Positions 63,180-64,000 of a stretch of 64,000 nt of DNA are shown in pieces. The first letter of the stretch is position 1, and every line of letters begins with the position of its first letter. A program made the translations under genes and the position numbers. Below the pieces are notes generated by a model, which was given only the letters and a program-made list of their open reading frames with translations, was not told where the DNA came from and ran no database searches. Source of the DNA: an uncultured bacterium (GTDB taxonomy: Bacteria > Zixibacteria > MSB-5A5 > GN15 > FEB-12); contig CBFDBU010000001.1 of NCBI GenBank assembly GCA_965603125.1, positions 118,588 through 182,587 on the forward strand. The letters run 5' to 3'.

Positions 63180-64000
63180 CTATTTCACTTCTTCAAAATC
63201 GGCGTCAACGACGTTGTCCGTCTGAGCGCCCTCGCCGGACGCGGCAAACCCACCCGAACCGGACTGTGGACCCGGCCCGGCCTGCTGCGCGGCGTTTCGA
63301 TACATCTCCGCCGACGCTTCCTGCCAAATCTGGTTGAGAGCCTCGGTAGCGGACGTCATCTCGGCGCCGTTTTCGGACTTGAGGGCTTCCCTGACCCTGT
63401 CGGTAGCCGCCTGTATCCTGCTTCTGGTCTGTTCGTCCAGCTTGTCACCGTATTCCCCAAGCTGTTTTTCACTCTGGAAAACGGCCGCATCCGCTGAGTT
63501 GCGCGCTTCGACCTTGCGCCTCTTTTCACTGTCGTCGGCCTCGTGACTCCGGGCATCCTCCACCATCCGTTCAACCTCCGACTTGGAGAGACCGGAAGAG
63601 GCTTCAATGCGGATATTCTGCTCCTTACCGGTGGCAGTGTCCCTGGCGGCAACGTTGAGAATACCGTTGGCGTCGATATCAAACGTGACCTCGATCTGAG
63701 GGATGCCGCGCGGCGCCGGCGGTATGCCGTCGAGAATGAAGCGGCCGATAGTCTTGTTGTCCAGGGCCATCTCGCGCTCACCCTGGAGCACGTGAATATC
63801 CACCTGGGGCTGGTTGTCCGACGCAGTCGAAAAGACCTGCGATTTCTTAGTCGGTATGGTGGTGTTGCGCTCGATGATCTTCGTGGTGACGCCACCCAGG
63901 GTCTCGATACCAAGCGAGAGCGGCGTGATGTCCAGAAGCAGCACGTCCTTCACGTCACCGCCAAGTACGCCCCCCTGAATGGCAGCGCCGACGGCAACCA
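63180..64000 (-). CDS. dnaK: Chaperone DnaK, C-terminal part (gene runs off the window edge)
   Basis: The frame stays open to nt 64000 (..[59 protein letters not shown]...). This is the canonical Hsp70 substrate-binding domain and lid. Confidence 0.95.
   Translation of the reverse strand, partial: VAVGAAIQGGVLGGDVKDVLLLDITPLSLGIETLGGVTTKIIERNTTIPTKKSQVFSTASDNQPQVDIHVLQGEREMALDNKTIGRFILDGIPPAPRGIPQIEVTFDIDANGILNVAARDTATGKEQNIRIEASSGLSKSEVERMVEDARSHEADDSEKRRKVEARNSADAAVFQSEKQLGEYGDKLDEQTRSRIQAATDRVREALKSENGAEMTSATEALNQIWQEASAEMYRNAAQQAGPGPQSGSGGFAASGEGAQTDNVVDADFEEVK

Overview
The window is 64 kb of visibly GC-rich bacterial chromosome (sampled 60-nt lines give about 67 % G+C). It is densely coded, with no rRNA, tRNA or CRISPR array that I can recognise. 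The DUF5683-like protein, the dockerin-like C-terminal modules and the TSP3 repeats suggest an uncultivated FCB-group or Zixibacteria-like organism, but that is inference only.

Recognisable housekeeping genes are comB, gcvT, a LonB-type Lon-like protease, mfd, murQ, fumC, an RqcH/FbpA-like NFACT protein, gmd with an Rmd-like reductase and an NDP-sugar dehydrogenase, a HEAT-repeat protein translationally coupled to an HD-GYP protein, a DAG-kinase-family lipid kinase, a CbpA/DnaJ-like chaperone and a partial dnaK.

A large acyl-CoA metabolic block covers three regions:
- Methylcrotonyl-CoA carboxylase beta, an enoyl-CoA hydratase, a biotin carboxylase and a separate BCCP at 42.5-47.0 kb.
- Thiolase, hbd and two acyl-CoA dehydrogenases at 49.1-53.4 kb.
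- An archaeal-type HMG-CoA synthase, thiolase and DUF35 trio at 57.1-59.7 kb.

The secreted and envelope genes include:
- An S8 protease and a 14-repeat Kelch-like/TSP3 protein, which share a double dockerin-like C-terminal module.
- Two tandem paralogous polytopic-membrane/TPR proteins plus a C-terminal relic ORF.
- An aspartyl-protease/PDZ protein followed by a DUF4097-like protein.
- Several lipoproteins.

The best candidate for an undescribed system is an AT-rich island at about 59.8-62.0 kb (sampled lines 35-37 % G+C). It holds three co-directional genes: a single-pass membrane protein, a winged-helix (MGMT/ATL-like)-HNH nuclease fusion, and a small PD-(D/E)xK-like protein. It sits between the HMGCS operon and cbpA-dnaK and is bracketed by copies of a dispersed REP-like motif.

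Other non-coding structure:
- Two REP-like hairpin families, one with GTAG heads.
- A 137-bp tandem repeat with a dispersed diverged copy.
- A perfect 100-bp direct repeat bracketing an AT-rich 0.9-kb segment that contains a truncated hbd-paralogue relic.
- An IS256-family transposase remnant.
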